From Octopus bimaculoides (Eukaryota), in the NCBI RefSeq assembly GCF_001194135.2, contig NC_068993.1, forward strand, positions 5,549,052 through 5,596,828: a stretch of 47,777 nucleotides of DNA, in the 5' to 3' direction. This document shows, in pieces, positions 33,501-44,687 of this stretch; position 1 is the stretch's first letter; every line of letters starts with the position of its first letter. The translations under genes and the position numbers were made by a program. The notes beneath the pieces were generated by a model. The model was not told where the DNA came from. It searched no databases and was given only the letters and a program-made list of their open reading frames with translations.

Positions 33501-36500
33501 TACTGGGGTCGATCTAATCGACTGGCCCCCTTCTCCAAAACTTCGGGCCTTGTGTTTAGAGTAGAAAAGAACCATTAGCACACTGGATGAAATGCTTAGC
33601 GGTATTTCGCCTATCAGTACATTCTGAGTTCAAATTCTGCTCCGGTCAACTTTGCCTTTCATCCTTTCGGGGTTGATAAATTAAGTACCAGTTGAGTACT
33701 GGGGTCAATGTAATCGACTCCCCCCACCCCCATCAAATTTCAGGCCTTGTGCCTATAGTAGAAAGGATTATTATTGTTGTTGTTGTTATTAAGGTGGTGA
33801 ATTGGCAGAATCGTTAGTACACTGAGCAAAATGCTTAGCGGCATTTCATCTGTCTATGCATTCTGAGATCAACTCGAGGTCAATAAATTTAGTACCAGTG
33901 AAACACGGGTTGATCTAATCAACTGTTTCCCTCCCACAAATTTTTGAGCCTTGTGCCTTTTGTAGAAAGGATTATTTTTATTTTATTATTATTATTATAT
34001 CTTTTTTCTCTTTCTTTTCTTGGTTCATGTTGTATCTTTGCAAGGACTGGAAACAACATTTACTATTTTGCTCAAACAATGACAAAGCTGGAGTTTTTCT
34101 CTTCAAATTCTAAGACCGTTTCCTATTTTATTTTTCAGTTATTAGTCCTGCAGAAATGGGTTGTCTATCTGAATATTCCCAAGACATTTTGAACTTTAAA
34201 CCTGAAAATTTGGAGTCTTTAAAAAGGGACAATGTGTAAGTTGAGTCATTGACGAGATTTTATCCTCTAAAGGAAGCGAAAAATTTAGAATGTCAAAACG
34301 AGGTATTACCAATTTTGTGCTCTATATGTATTGAGTACTCTTTATATAATATCTTCTACTTGTTTTGGTCATTAGACTGCGGCTATGCTGAGGCACCACC
34401 TTGAAGAATTTTTTGTTGAATGAATCAACCCCAGCACTTATTTTTTTTGTTTTTTAAGCCTGGTACTTATTCTGTCATCCCTTTTGCTGAACCACTTAGT
34501 TACAGGGATGTAAACACACCAACTCCGGTTGTCAAAATGATGGTGGATAACAGACACACATAGATATACATGCATACATACATTCATTCTTTTCTTTTAC
34601 TTGTTTCAGTCATTTGACTGTGGTCATGCTGGAGCACCGCCTTAAACAGTTTTAATTGACCCCAGGACTTATTCTTTTCTAAGCCTAGTTCTTATACTAT
34701 CGGTCTCTTTTGCTGAACTGCTAAGTTACGGGGACATAAGCTCACCAGCGTTGATTGTCAAGTGATGGTGGGGGAACAAACACAAGCACAAATATATATA
34801 TATATATATATATATACACACGCATACATACATACATACATACATACACAACAAGCTTCTTTCAGTTTCTGTCTACCAAATCCACTAACAAGGATTTGGT
34901 CGGCCTGAGGCTATAGTAGAAGACACTTGCCCAAGGTGCCATGCAGTGGCACCTTACCACACATCCACACCCGCACCTAATATTCCAACTTTTCCCAGAC
35001 CATTTTAAAAAATGTAACTATTCTGACTGCCCCTAATTCTCTGTTACAAATTCCTTGTTTTAGACTGATACTAAGTTAATATGTTCTATCAATATTTCAT
35101 GCTAATGTACGTCCCAAACAGCAGCTTAATTATGACGAAGTATTTCTACTAAATTTTTAAAAATGCTTCAACTGAAAATTAATATTGGAAGGTCATGTGA
35201 TAATTGTGTATTTTTAAAGACAGGAAGAAATCTTGAGATAAAATGCAGTAACAACAAAAAAAAATGCAAGATGATTGCTCAATGATATTGTAGAGTTTAT
35301 GGCTTGTTGAAACAAACCTTATACACATGTGTACGTATAGATTCCATATGTTTTATTATTTTGTTGCAGATATTGTTCTTGTGTATTGGAGCGTCTGGCA
35401 TCATTGCCTCCACTGGGAAGTGCTGAGAGAGAGACCAAAGCCTGCTGCTTGCAGTACCTTGAATATATGGTGGAATTTATGCAAATGTCATCACGTACCA
35501 TTAAATCAAAACGTTTGTATAGCCCTTTTTTTTTCCGATTTCCTTCCCTTGTATTTTCTTTGGTCTTTCAACATTGCTATCATTTTGATATTTGTTTCTT
35601 GGTACTGGCATGGGTTGGACCAGTGTGCCAACCTCTGTCTTGACATGTATCTCATGTGTGAGACATTTCTTCTGGGTGGCCTAATTTTCTTAGGTTTGTC
35701 CTACATATTTCACTATAATTCTGCTCTGAAATATTGTTACAGTGAGACACACTGTTCTTTCCCATTTTATGTACACATCAGTATAATAGCCTTTTTACCC
35801 TCCCAAGTAATTGGTGTGTGTGTGTGTGTGTATATATATATATGTATGTATGTATATGCATATATATTTGTGTGTGTGTGTATGTATGTATCTTTTACTT
35901 GTTTCAGTCATGAGACTGCGACCATGCTGGGGCACATAAAATCAAAGGTACAAAAACGATTTACTCTGAAGCAATTCAATGGTGTAGCATGATCCAGTGT
36001 AGGAAAATCCAAGAATCGGATACCCCAATTCATCATCTGAAGGATGTTATATGATCTGTGTGAGCGTGCTGTTATAGACCATGTGACCAAACATGCTTTT
36101 CTTGGACAGTTTTTTCCTTCTCTCTGGATCCACCTTCTTTATGATGAAGAGCCATGCTCGAAATGTTACACACGCCTTATTTTTTTTCCATCTTAAACTG
36201 AAAGTCAGCCTAATCCATTCATTGTGTATGTTCTATTGACTTTTGTTTTTATTATTTTGCGATTTGCCTCCATGTGTGTGGTGATGAAGGTGAAGATTCA
36301 GTTTGATTTACTGAATTACCTGCTCCTGATTTAATGTCTAAGTGGCTAAATATTCCACAGACATGTGTGTCTTTAATGTCATTCTCTGGCTGAATCAGCA
36401 TGACAGTAAGTGACAATGGATTTCTTTACCAGCACGAATGGAACCAGATTATCAGATTTGTGCTGGAAGAGATGTTTAAATAGGTTTTTTTTCTTTTCCT

Positions 36501-38953
36501 AACGGATTGTATTTCTTTATCTGCAGTTTTCCTGAACTCTTTCCCTCCAATTGTCTGTAAACAATTCATCTCCAAATTCTTACTTTTTGTGAGAAATTCA
36601 AATGGAGTTTTAGAAAGGTAAGTACTTGTGCACGTTTTCTTCAGTTTTTAGTCTTGTGGTATGTCTCAGTTACTGATATTTCAGTTTAATCCTTTAGCAT
36701 GTAAACTGACCATATCCAGGCCCAAATATTCTCTCTGTTTTATGTTCAAACCAACTAGATCCGACCTCTGACACCTGCCCTACAATGTCATTGTAAAAAT
36801 AAGCATCATTGAAATCTCAAATCTATGAGATAATGCAGGATTAATTCCAAAAACTAGGAATCAATAAGCATTAGATTTTGACAGATTAATCTGAAAGTGA
36901 AAGGGTTAAGTTCTTGTCGTTGTGTGTGTGGTGGTGGTGGTGGTGGTGGGATGATAATATTCATTAACCTTCTGTTCAAAATAAGGACCAGCTGAACACT
37001 GGGATCAAAACCATCAACTTATCCCCGCCCCTGAAATTGCTGGTCTTATGCCAAAATTTGAAATCATCATCATCATCATTATTATTATTATTATTGAGTG
37101 AGAGAGCAGTGCATGCCATCACAATGACACGGGTACAAAAATACGAAGCCCAGTATACCCATCATGACTACCCGTCTGATAAGGGTACACCAGGCACATG
37201 CATCACAACCATATATGCGTGACATGGTGATTTCATATGAAGATAAACAGCGCATGACCTTGAAGGTGGGGCCCAGTTAGAATTTTCTTCAGGTTGAGTA
37301 GCCCATCTCGCTCAAAAGGTCCCTGATTAAGGTTTTTTTTAAAGATGTTGATAAAAACACCCATGTTTCCAGATGTGAATTTTTCAAACCCCAAAGAATT
37401 CCTCTCAACACATGTCTATGTTGCTCCCCAATTACTTCTTCTGCTCACGATCAGAGTTGCACATATTGTCAGCCACCAAGGGACATAATCAATTGTTTAA
37501 GGTCAAACAACTGACAAGCAAATCTGTGGTATTCAGCAGAATATTTGCTGTAGCCCATCTTTTTTTTTACACATCATTATTATTATTATTTGCAGGCAGA
37601 CAACTATTTCTTTGAGAGATAAGCTGCTTCTTCATATTTTAATCCTGTTGCTGATCATTGATAAATTTTCCTTATCATTTGACAACGTCCAGAAAGAACT
37701 GAACATTAAAACTATGAAGTAAGTAACTTTCTTGTTAAACAAAGCCTATCCTGATTGAGCAGGCTTTGTAGCAAACATAATCCAGTCATGGCCATTTTGT
37801 ATTTTTGTATATCTGTCACACAATATATTGTTCATATGTACCATATATCATATTTAGAATTTATCGTTTTTGTCTGAGTTTTGTATATCATGTACAGTTT
37901 AGAGCATATAAAATGTTTTATATTTATATAACATACATAATTTAATGTATTTATATCATATAGAATTTAATCTATTGATAATTTAATAACATGAAATGTA
38001 TTATAAATTTTATATCATGTATAATTTAGAGTTATATCATATTGAATTTATTGATAGATCATATATAGAATTTATATTATTTAAATATATATGTATGTAG
38101 AATTTATATCTATATGATTGGAGCCTGGTGCAGCCATCTGGTTCGCCAGTCCTCAGTCAAATCGTACCATGCAGTGTGACTGAACCCAAACCCCTGTGGC
38201 TGGGAAGTAAACTTCTTACGACACACACATATATAGATATATCTTCTATCTTTTTACTAGCTTCAGTCAGTTAGATTGTGGCCATACTAGGGCACTGCCT
38301 TGAAGAATTTTAGTCAAACGGATTGATCACAATACTTTTTTTTTTATTTAAGCCTGATACTGATTTTGTGGGTCTCTTTTGCTGAACTGCTAAGTTACAA
38401 GGAAGTAAACACCAACACTGGTTGTCAAGTAATGGTCAGGGACAAACAGACACACACATACCTTAGATTTGTATATTTACACACACACACTCGACAGGCT
38501 TTAGTGAAAAACACTTGCACAAGGTACTTCGCAATGGGGCTGAACCAAAGACTATGTGGTTGGGAAGTAAACTTCTTTGTACATAGCCACGCACACAGAT
38601 CATCATCATCATCGTTTAACATCCGCTTTCCATGCTAGCAGGGTTGGACGATTTGACTGAGGACTGGTGAAACCGGATGGCAACACCAGGCTCCAATCTA
38701 ATTTGGCAGAGTTTCTACAGCGGGATGCCCTTCCTATATATATATAAACTAATTTCCAGTTAGAATGGTTATAAGGTTCGGTCATTGTTTCTCTTTTTTT
38801 TTACTCTCTCTTTTTAGATTACAAATGCTGTTTAATTACATCGGCTGTCACATTCAAAAGAAGAAAGATAACAAAAACGTATACAAGGTTGTGGTCCTAA
38901 AAACACCCATAAAAGTAATGAAACCACATAAATACAGTAAAGCTTTCCTTTAA
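27538..38953 (+). CDS. POLR1E: DNA-directed RNA polymerase I subunit RPA49/PAF53, 398 aa, 12 exons
   Basis: Exons 27538-27577, 28754-28857, 29822-29898, 30280-30365, 30482-30540, 31498-31648, 32889-32978, 34139-34235, 35370-35512, 36527-36617, 37596-37718, 38818-38953 sum to 1197 nt in frame. Motifs TFSHGKL, RILVGKTDSICYVGDNF, HYVGVLNKNTGKMQICDVEIFNLHP, AFGT and LLPPCNVDATSPEDVY match RPA49/PAF53. Exon 1 is the least certain. Confidence 0.9.
27850..28620 (-). pseudogene. Possible heavily decayed hAT (Buster/Spin/ZBED-type) transposase relic
   Basis: SFSTNGQQMLGKK* (28244-28203) resembles TTDGAPAMLGKK; weak further similarity; many stops and frameshifts. Confidence 0.3.
28754..28857 (+). CDS. 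POLR1E: POLR1E exon 2
   Basis: cacag|CA; TFSHGKL...KRKRIL; CTG|gtaagt. Confidence 0.85.
29822..29898 (+). CDS. POLR1E: POLR1E exon 3
   Basis: ttccag|; VGKTDSICYVGDNFSGE; AA|gtgagt. Confidence 0.88.
30280..30365 (+). CDS. POLR1E: POLR1E exon 4
   Basis: ttgcag|A; HYVGVLNKNTGKMQICDVEIFNLHPKVP; G|gtaact. Confidence 0.9.
30482..30540 (+). CDS. POLR1E: POLR1E exon 5
   Basis: tttcag|AA; IQIKDEDISETLSLSYVEQ; CAG|gtttgt. Confidence 0.78.
30630..31030. mobile_element. SINE cluster (POLR1E intron 5)
   Basis: tRNA-like head and taagtaccaggctt body. Confidence 0.75.
31498..31648 (+). CDS. POLR1E: POLR1E exon 6
   Basis: ttacag|; QLRLTNAFGTVISRRQ...; G|gtaagt. Confidence 0.88.
32200..32845. mobile_element. 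SINE cluster (POLR1E intron 6)
   Basis: Family motifs in both orientations. Confidence 0.75.
32889..32978 (+). CDS. POLR1E: POLR1E exon 7
   Basis: ctatag|GT; SLLPPCNVDATSPEDVYNLSD; A|gtaagt. Confidence 0.9.
33130..33975 (+). mobile_element. Four head-to-tail SINE copies (POLR1E intron 7)
   Basis: Heads at about 33130, 33366, 33575 and 33790. Confidence 0.8.
34139..34235 (+). CDS. POLR1E: POLR1E exon 8
   Basis: tttcag|TT; ISPAEMGCLSEYSQDILNF; GT|gtaagt. Confidence 0.85.
34360..34950 (-). mobile_element. SINE cluster (POLR1E intron 8)
   Basis: Two tandem bodies plus head, minus orientation. Confidence 0.75.
35370..35512 (+). CDS. POLR1E: POLR1E exon 9
   Basis: ttgcag|A; YCSCVLERLASLP...KACCLQYLEYMVEF; C|gtttgt. 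Confidence 0.85.
36136..36170 (+). ncRNA. Minimal hammerhead-like motif, degenerate
   Basis: ATGATGA A GAGC cat GCTC GAAAT GTT. Confidence 0.35.
36527..36617 (+). CDS. POLR1E: POLR1E exon 10
   Basis: ctgcag|TT; FPPIVCKQFISKF; AG|gtaagt. Confidence 0.8.
36690..36905 (+). mobile_element. piggyBac-like MITE (same family)
   Basis: TTAA-tcctttagcatg ... tgaaaggg-TTAA; interior similar to 23956-24131. Confidence 0.65.
37095..37590. mobile_element. Distinct interspersed repeat flanked by (ATT)n
   Basis: GC-richer block bounded by attattatt tracts; family not named. Confidence 0.45.
37596..37718 (+). CDS. POLR1E: POLR1E exon 11
   Basis: ttgcag|G; LRDKLLLHILILLLIIDKF...QKELNI; AA|gtaagt. Confidence 0.85.
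38120..38735. mobile_element. SINE cluster (POLR1E intron 11)
   Basis: Includes an inverted pair. Confidence 0.75.
38818..38953 (+). CDS. POLR1E: POLR1E exon 12 (terminal)
   Basis: ttttag|A; LQMLFNYIGCHI...LKTPIKV...*; AATAAA at 38976-38981. Confidence 0.85.
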
Positions 38954-39740
38954 TATTTTTATGTTATCACTGAAGAATAAAATTTGAACGTGCTCCAAGA
39001 TATTGTTTTATTTCTCTTTGTCTTCCTCTGTCCATTCTTTCATTCTTACCTACTCTACACTGTTTAACCTGAATGTGAAAAAGAAAATCATATACATCAC
39101 TGACAACACTATAGTGCAGCAGTGTCCAGTCTGTAATGGTTGGTTTAATAACAGCAAAGTTGTTTCTTCATTAATTTTAGTATTAATTGAAACAAAAGCA
39201 GTGTATTTCATTAGAAATATGTTAATGAATGGAGTAATAAAAAAAAAAAAAGCTTTTACCAAAATGAATCACAGTACTTAATGCTTTGGAAATGATGTTC
39301 CTGGAATATAATAATTGTTGCAAATAATGTTTTCAGAATTTGCAACTAGAAATGGAAGATGGAAATAAAAAACTCAACGAGTGAAATATTTGAATAAAGA
39401 ATAATTTAATATAGCATAGAATACAAATACAGCCTATTCATTGAAGCAGTGATATTAGACTGACATGTTATATGTATATATATTCACTTTATTTGTGGGT
39501 TAATAACGCTACCAATGGTTTCATGCAGAGAGAGAAATTTTTCAATTAGTGAACCTGCCTCATAGGAATGTTGGTACTTGTCTCCAAGATGGAGATGGGT
39601 AACAATGTTCTCATGTGGCAGGCTTGATAATTGTTGAGAGACTTCTATCTGCATGAAACCATTGGTAGCTTTGTTAACTAACAAATAATATTTATCCACC
39701 AAAGCGGTGTTGAGTACTCATTCTCGCTGTTTGGTATTAG

Positions 39741-39782
<42 letters not shown>

Positions 39783-40538
39783 TCTGGCGATTTACTGTGT
39801 TGTGACAAAGTTTTTCTTGTTTGATGGAATACTTTGGGCGATAACAAATACATTTGCAGTCACCTGAAGAATTGCATTGTTAGAGAAACTCTGAGTAGTC
39901 ATAGAGTGAATCACCAGCTCCATACAAATAAATATCCTCTACATGATGTACATGTTAAACCAAACACATGTGGTCCATATTTTTCATGTAGTTTTTTCAT
40001 AGTAACCATTGGCACTCATTCATTTCAAACCAATTATTAATTATTGGTTTGTTACCCACATCTTTTATCTAGAGATTGCCAATAGTTTTTATATTCACAC
40101 AATCACAATCATGTACACATGCATGCATGTGCGTGTGTGACAGTTTGTAGAGATTCTCTCTATGTCAAAGAAATACATGTGTCTGTGCACAGCTCTTCAA
40201 CTTGAGTCACATCAGTTTTGGATATCACAATCACATCACGATAGTGATGGACATGATGTCACTTAGATAGCAAGTGCAACAATAATAAAAACTAAGGTAA
40301 AGAATAAACGAAGTGAGGAAGGACTAGAAAATTAATAAAAAAAAAAACGAGACAAGTGGTGGTGGTGGTAGAAATGGGGTGGATTGAGTGACTATTTTTA
40401 TATGTAAAGAGAGAGGGTGAGGAGGAGAAATAGATGGCAAAGGTATCAAGGTGAGCAGCAGGTGAAAGAAAAGGTGTATAAAATGTTGAGTGGTTTGTGA
40501 GTGTGTATATATGTATTTGATAGTGTGTTTATTTGAGC

Positions 40539-40600
<62 letters not shown>

Positions 40601-41083
40601 TAGGTTTTTGACTATGTGCTTATAAAACATGTTTTCATAAACCAAAGTGTAATCATAAAACATGGTCTAAAATTGAAATAAATATTGAAGAAGAATAAAT
40701 TTTCAACAGTTCAAATTTTATTTGAACTGTTAAATCACCATATTTAATTTCAGTTTAAATACTTTTTTCAATTTATTAAAATTCTTTGAACGGAAATTTC
40801 TTTCCTTATTAGCTTGAAATTTATGAAACATTTGCTTTGTTTGTATTTGTTGTATATTAATAGTTTTAGGTTGATATGCATGCATGTATTACGTGCATAT
40901 ACTTTCATTTAAAGCTAAAGCTGTTGCTACGAGGAATTGGTGCTGCTTTGAGTTCAAAAGAACAAAAAAAAACTTTAAATGTAGCCAGTATCTTTATATA
41001 AGATGGATGAGTAATACCTTACATTTGTAGAGCATGTAACTACATCTCATATGTACAAATATATATATGTATATACACACACA

Positions 41084-41121
<38 letters not shown>

Positions 41122-41306
41122 TATATGAGTGTGTATGTGCACAATGTTGAATGAAGGTTATTATTTTAAAGCAAGTTTAAGAATAACAACACATCTACTG
41201 CTAGAGGCACTCTGTACTGAGAACAGAGTCACTGGTTGAATAAGCCACCAAGCGAAACTTAAAAGTTCCAGTCAATACGAATCTTATAATGTATGTATGT
41301 ATACAT

Positions 41307-41343
<37 letters not shown>

Positions 41344-41415
41344 GTGTGTGTGTATGTATGCATAGACATATATATATGTATTGACATATGTGCTATATGT
41401 ATACATGTAACATTA

Positions 41416-41725
41416 CTAAAGTTCAACTCGACTACTAGTTGAGTCAATAAGGATACGCTTCTCATGGTGAGCTAGACCTGTAACGGAGTATGCGATATAC
41501 AAGGAACAGACAAGGAGAATCAATACTACAAGGGAGAACACTTTCACTCCAACACCATTGCAGAAATCCATAAACAGGGTTTGCCCATAGTAACCCTTCT
41601 CTGAGTCGATTGACGCTGTTTCATCATTCTCTTGTAACTTCCACAGTTTGATCATGTGGTTTAAAACCTCAATTGGTACGCCACGCCGTTCAGCTAACTG
41701 AATTGGTGTCTTGTGCATTTTATTC
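41416..41725 (-). CDS. ANKRD46: ANKRD46 coding exon 2 (TM tail)
   Basis: ttgcag|G AAT AAA ATG; ends ...SSRVEL*. Confidence 0.87.
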
Positions 41726-42165
41726 CTGCAATTAGAAATAAAGAGATGGAGTATATAATATTATTGTGAAATAATTATATTGGAAATCTGTTGGGTTCCA
41801 ATATATATTAATTTGTATGTTTTCTGAGATAGTTAATGGGTATAGGTACAAGATCTCAAATTTATAAGAGAAGAAATAGGGAACAATGGAATATACAAGA
41901 GAGACATATTTATATATATATATATATTTGAATCAAACTGTTTTGATCCATATATATATCTTATGATATTTACTTTGCATTATATTATAATTATTTATAG
42001 TACTTTTAATTATAAATTTTTTCTATATGTGACAGTGGATTTTCATCGATGAGTTCATAGACCTTGGTTCTTTTCCCTAATACTATATATTAATATATTT
42101 TATACTGTGAAGCTTAATTTGATTTTAATTGAGTTTTTACCTGTAATTTTGGATTTTATCCCTAA

Positions 42166-42213
<48 letters not shown>

Positions 42214-42910
42214 TATATAGGTTCAAAAAAACACAAAAAACAATAACAACAAAGTGAGGACGTGATACGGATAGTGTTATTGGACGCTCGGGAAAGGAAG
42301 GAGAGAGAGTATGACGTTTCGGGCAGAGCCCTTCGTCGGAAAGACAGAAAGTTCGGAGAATGGAAAACCGGACGAAGAGGAAAATGGCACCGATGCCCAC
42401 GAGGTTACATTGTGATATATATATTCTGGACTCCACTCTACACAACCCACCCATCACTCTTACCTTCCTGCCTCTCCCTTTCTCACTAACCCCTGACAAT
42501 ATTCCTTTCCGTTTCTTTCGTCCCATCCATATACCCTCCCTCCACAGTATCTACTCAGTTCCTCTCTACCACCATCCTCTCACAATTACAAATCTCTTCC
42601 TCTCACCATTGTTCACCCTCTCACCACCGTGCCAAGAATCATCACTCTCTCTCTCTCTCTCTCTCTCTCCAATTCTCCTTCAGTAATAGGAGCCTCTTTA
42701 GGTTCACATGTTGCAAGGCGACCTTACTAGTGTTGGTGTCATGAGAAAAGTAACCAGAACATTCTGTAAAGTGGTTGACATTAGGAAAGACATTCAGCTA
42801 TTGAAACCATGTCAAAAGAGAGACGGTCCTTCAAACTCAAATCCTGCCACACCATGCAACACATGCAAGCATGGAGAGAGGAAGTTAAATGATAATGATG
42901 AAGATAACAA

Positions 42911-42957
<47 letters not shown>

Positions 42958-44034
42958 ATATTTATATATATATTTATTTATGTATATGCATATGAAAGTA
43001 TACATGTGTATATGTGTGTATACATACACACATACTAGCTTTTTATTTTATTTTTCTATCTTTTACAAGTTTCAGTCATTAGACTGCAGCCAGAATTTTC
43101 AGTCGAACGAATAGACCTCGGTACTTTTTATTTTTTTAAAGCCTGGTACTTATTCTGCCGAAACAATAAATTACAGGGACGTAAACCAATCAACATTGGT
43201 TGCCAAGTGGTGGTGGGGACAAACACAGACACAAAGACACACATACATATGTCCATTCACAAGCCTCTAGTCGGCCCAAGGTTATATTAGAAGACACTTG
43301 CCCAAGGTGCCACGCAGCGGGACTGCGTGGTTGGGAAGCAAGCTTCTTACCACACACACATGTATGAACATAAAAACACAGAATTGTTTCCGTTTGATAA
43401 AAAGAGCCCGGTTCTTTAACGAATATATTTGGTACAGATATACCATAGAAAGTTTATTACGAAAATGCTACATCTTATGGTCAATGCATCATCAGTCTTC
43501 ACTATAGCTAATTGCGCATCCATGCAATTAGCTATAGTATCCATGTGTGTGTGTCTATACAAACTCACACATTTTCATAAATATATGCATGAATTCATTC
43601 ATGTAATTTTACGTGTTTAACTGAGTTGATCATGTAAACAAACGAAAAGAAATATCTAGAATAAAATAAACAAGGAAGAAAAAGTAAAAAAAAGAAATAT
43701 CCATTCGTTTATATATTTACCTGATAGATAAAGATGCGCCGTGGCTTACCAATAAATCGGTGCTTTCTATGTGACCACACCAATGCAACGGAGTATTTCC
43801 ATTACGGTCCTTTATATTCGGATTGGCACCATGGTTGAGAAGAAGTTCGATTATTTCAGAATACCCACGTATGGCTGCAAGATGCAGGGCCGTTTTACCG
43901 GAATTAGTCTGTTCGTTGGGATCGTAAGTTTTAAGATCCAATAGCTCTTTCACTTTGCCGATATCTCCATCCAAAATTGCATCTTTCAAGGCGTGTCCCC
44001 TCTCCATTATGTCCAACAGATCAGTCGTAACCAT
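41416..44034 (-). CDS. ANKRD46: Ankyrin repeat domain-containing protein 46, 207 aa, tail-anchored, 2 coding exons
   Basis: Exons 44034-43721 and 41725-41416 join in frame (624 nt). Ankyrin repeats (GKTALHLAAIRG; GNTPLHWCGHIESTDLLVSHG), TPIQLAERRGV and a C-terminal TM (FSLVVLILLVCSLYIAYSVTG) match ANKRD46 architecture. Confidence 0.87.
42309..42343 (-). ncRNA. Minimal hammerhead-like motif, degenerate
   Basis: CCGACGA A GGGC tct GCCC GAAAC GTC on the minus strand. Confidence 0.4.
42700..43360. mobile_element. SINE cluster (ANKRD46 intron)
   Basis: Family motifs and (TA)n. Confidence 0.7.
43721..44034 (-). CDS. ANKRD46: ANKRD46 coding exon 1 (ankyrin repeats)
   Basis: ATG MVTTDLLD...SLSI AG|gtaaat. 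Confidence 0.88.
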
Positions 44035-44603
44035 AAGTAAATATATGTATTGGAAGATTTCTTAAAGCTTGGTTTTAGTATTCACCCATTAAGTGAGTAA
44101 TCCTTTCTTCCTACAGGACATTCAATCCCTTGATTCCGTGAATAAAACGTCAATAGTTAAAATAAATGGCTGATATTTTGTGGTAATCGCAGATAAAAGA
44201 AACATACAAGCAACTCAGACAACGTTCTGGTGTTTTGAAGTCGAGCCTCGTTCTGAATCCACTGACGCTGGCAACGGAACAGAAGCTAAGATTTTTTTAG
44301 TACCTCAACCGGCTGACGAGGTTTCGATTCCTAGTTATTGCCAATTATTTCTTTTGTTTTTTTTTTTTTCTCTTTATACTGTTAATGCTCCTGATACACA
44401 CAAATACATGCATATATAAAAGTCGCATAATATACTTTCTATTTTATGACCAAATGATATTTTGATAGTTTAACTGCATATATCCAAATGATGTTAATAT
44501 ATGAACGAAACCCACGGTAGGGTAAAGGAAAGAAAACAAAAAAAAAAATGAAATCCGATTTATTTTATTTTATTCAACAGCTGCTTAGTATATTTTTGCT
44601 GTT

Positions 44604-44687
44604 GCATTACTGGAATTCGCGGGTATAACAAAATATCCGTTCATTTTTACCGAACCGACGCCCAGGTTTCGATCCCTAGTCATTGCA
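44604..44687 (+). pseudogene. Degenerate tRNA(Gly)-like sequence
   Basis: gcatt... 5' end and gcccaggtttcgatccctagtcattgca 3' end resemble tRNA-Gly; anticodon arm not intact. Confidence 0.25.

Noticed and set aside
35327-35992. 221-aa ORF overlapping POLR1E exon 9 in another frame
   Set aside because: Runs through T-rich intron, (TG)n/(TA)n and a SINE; no recognisable domain.
39484-40040. Two short protein-like ORFs
   Set aside because: No recognisable homology or splice partners; one is largely explained by an inverted repeat.
42360-42686. 108-aa plus ORF
   Set aside because: Pyrimidine-rich low-complexity sequence attached to the Penelope-like repeat; antisense within the ANKRD46 intron.
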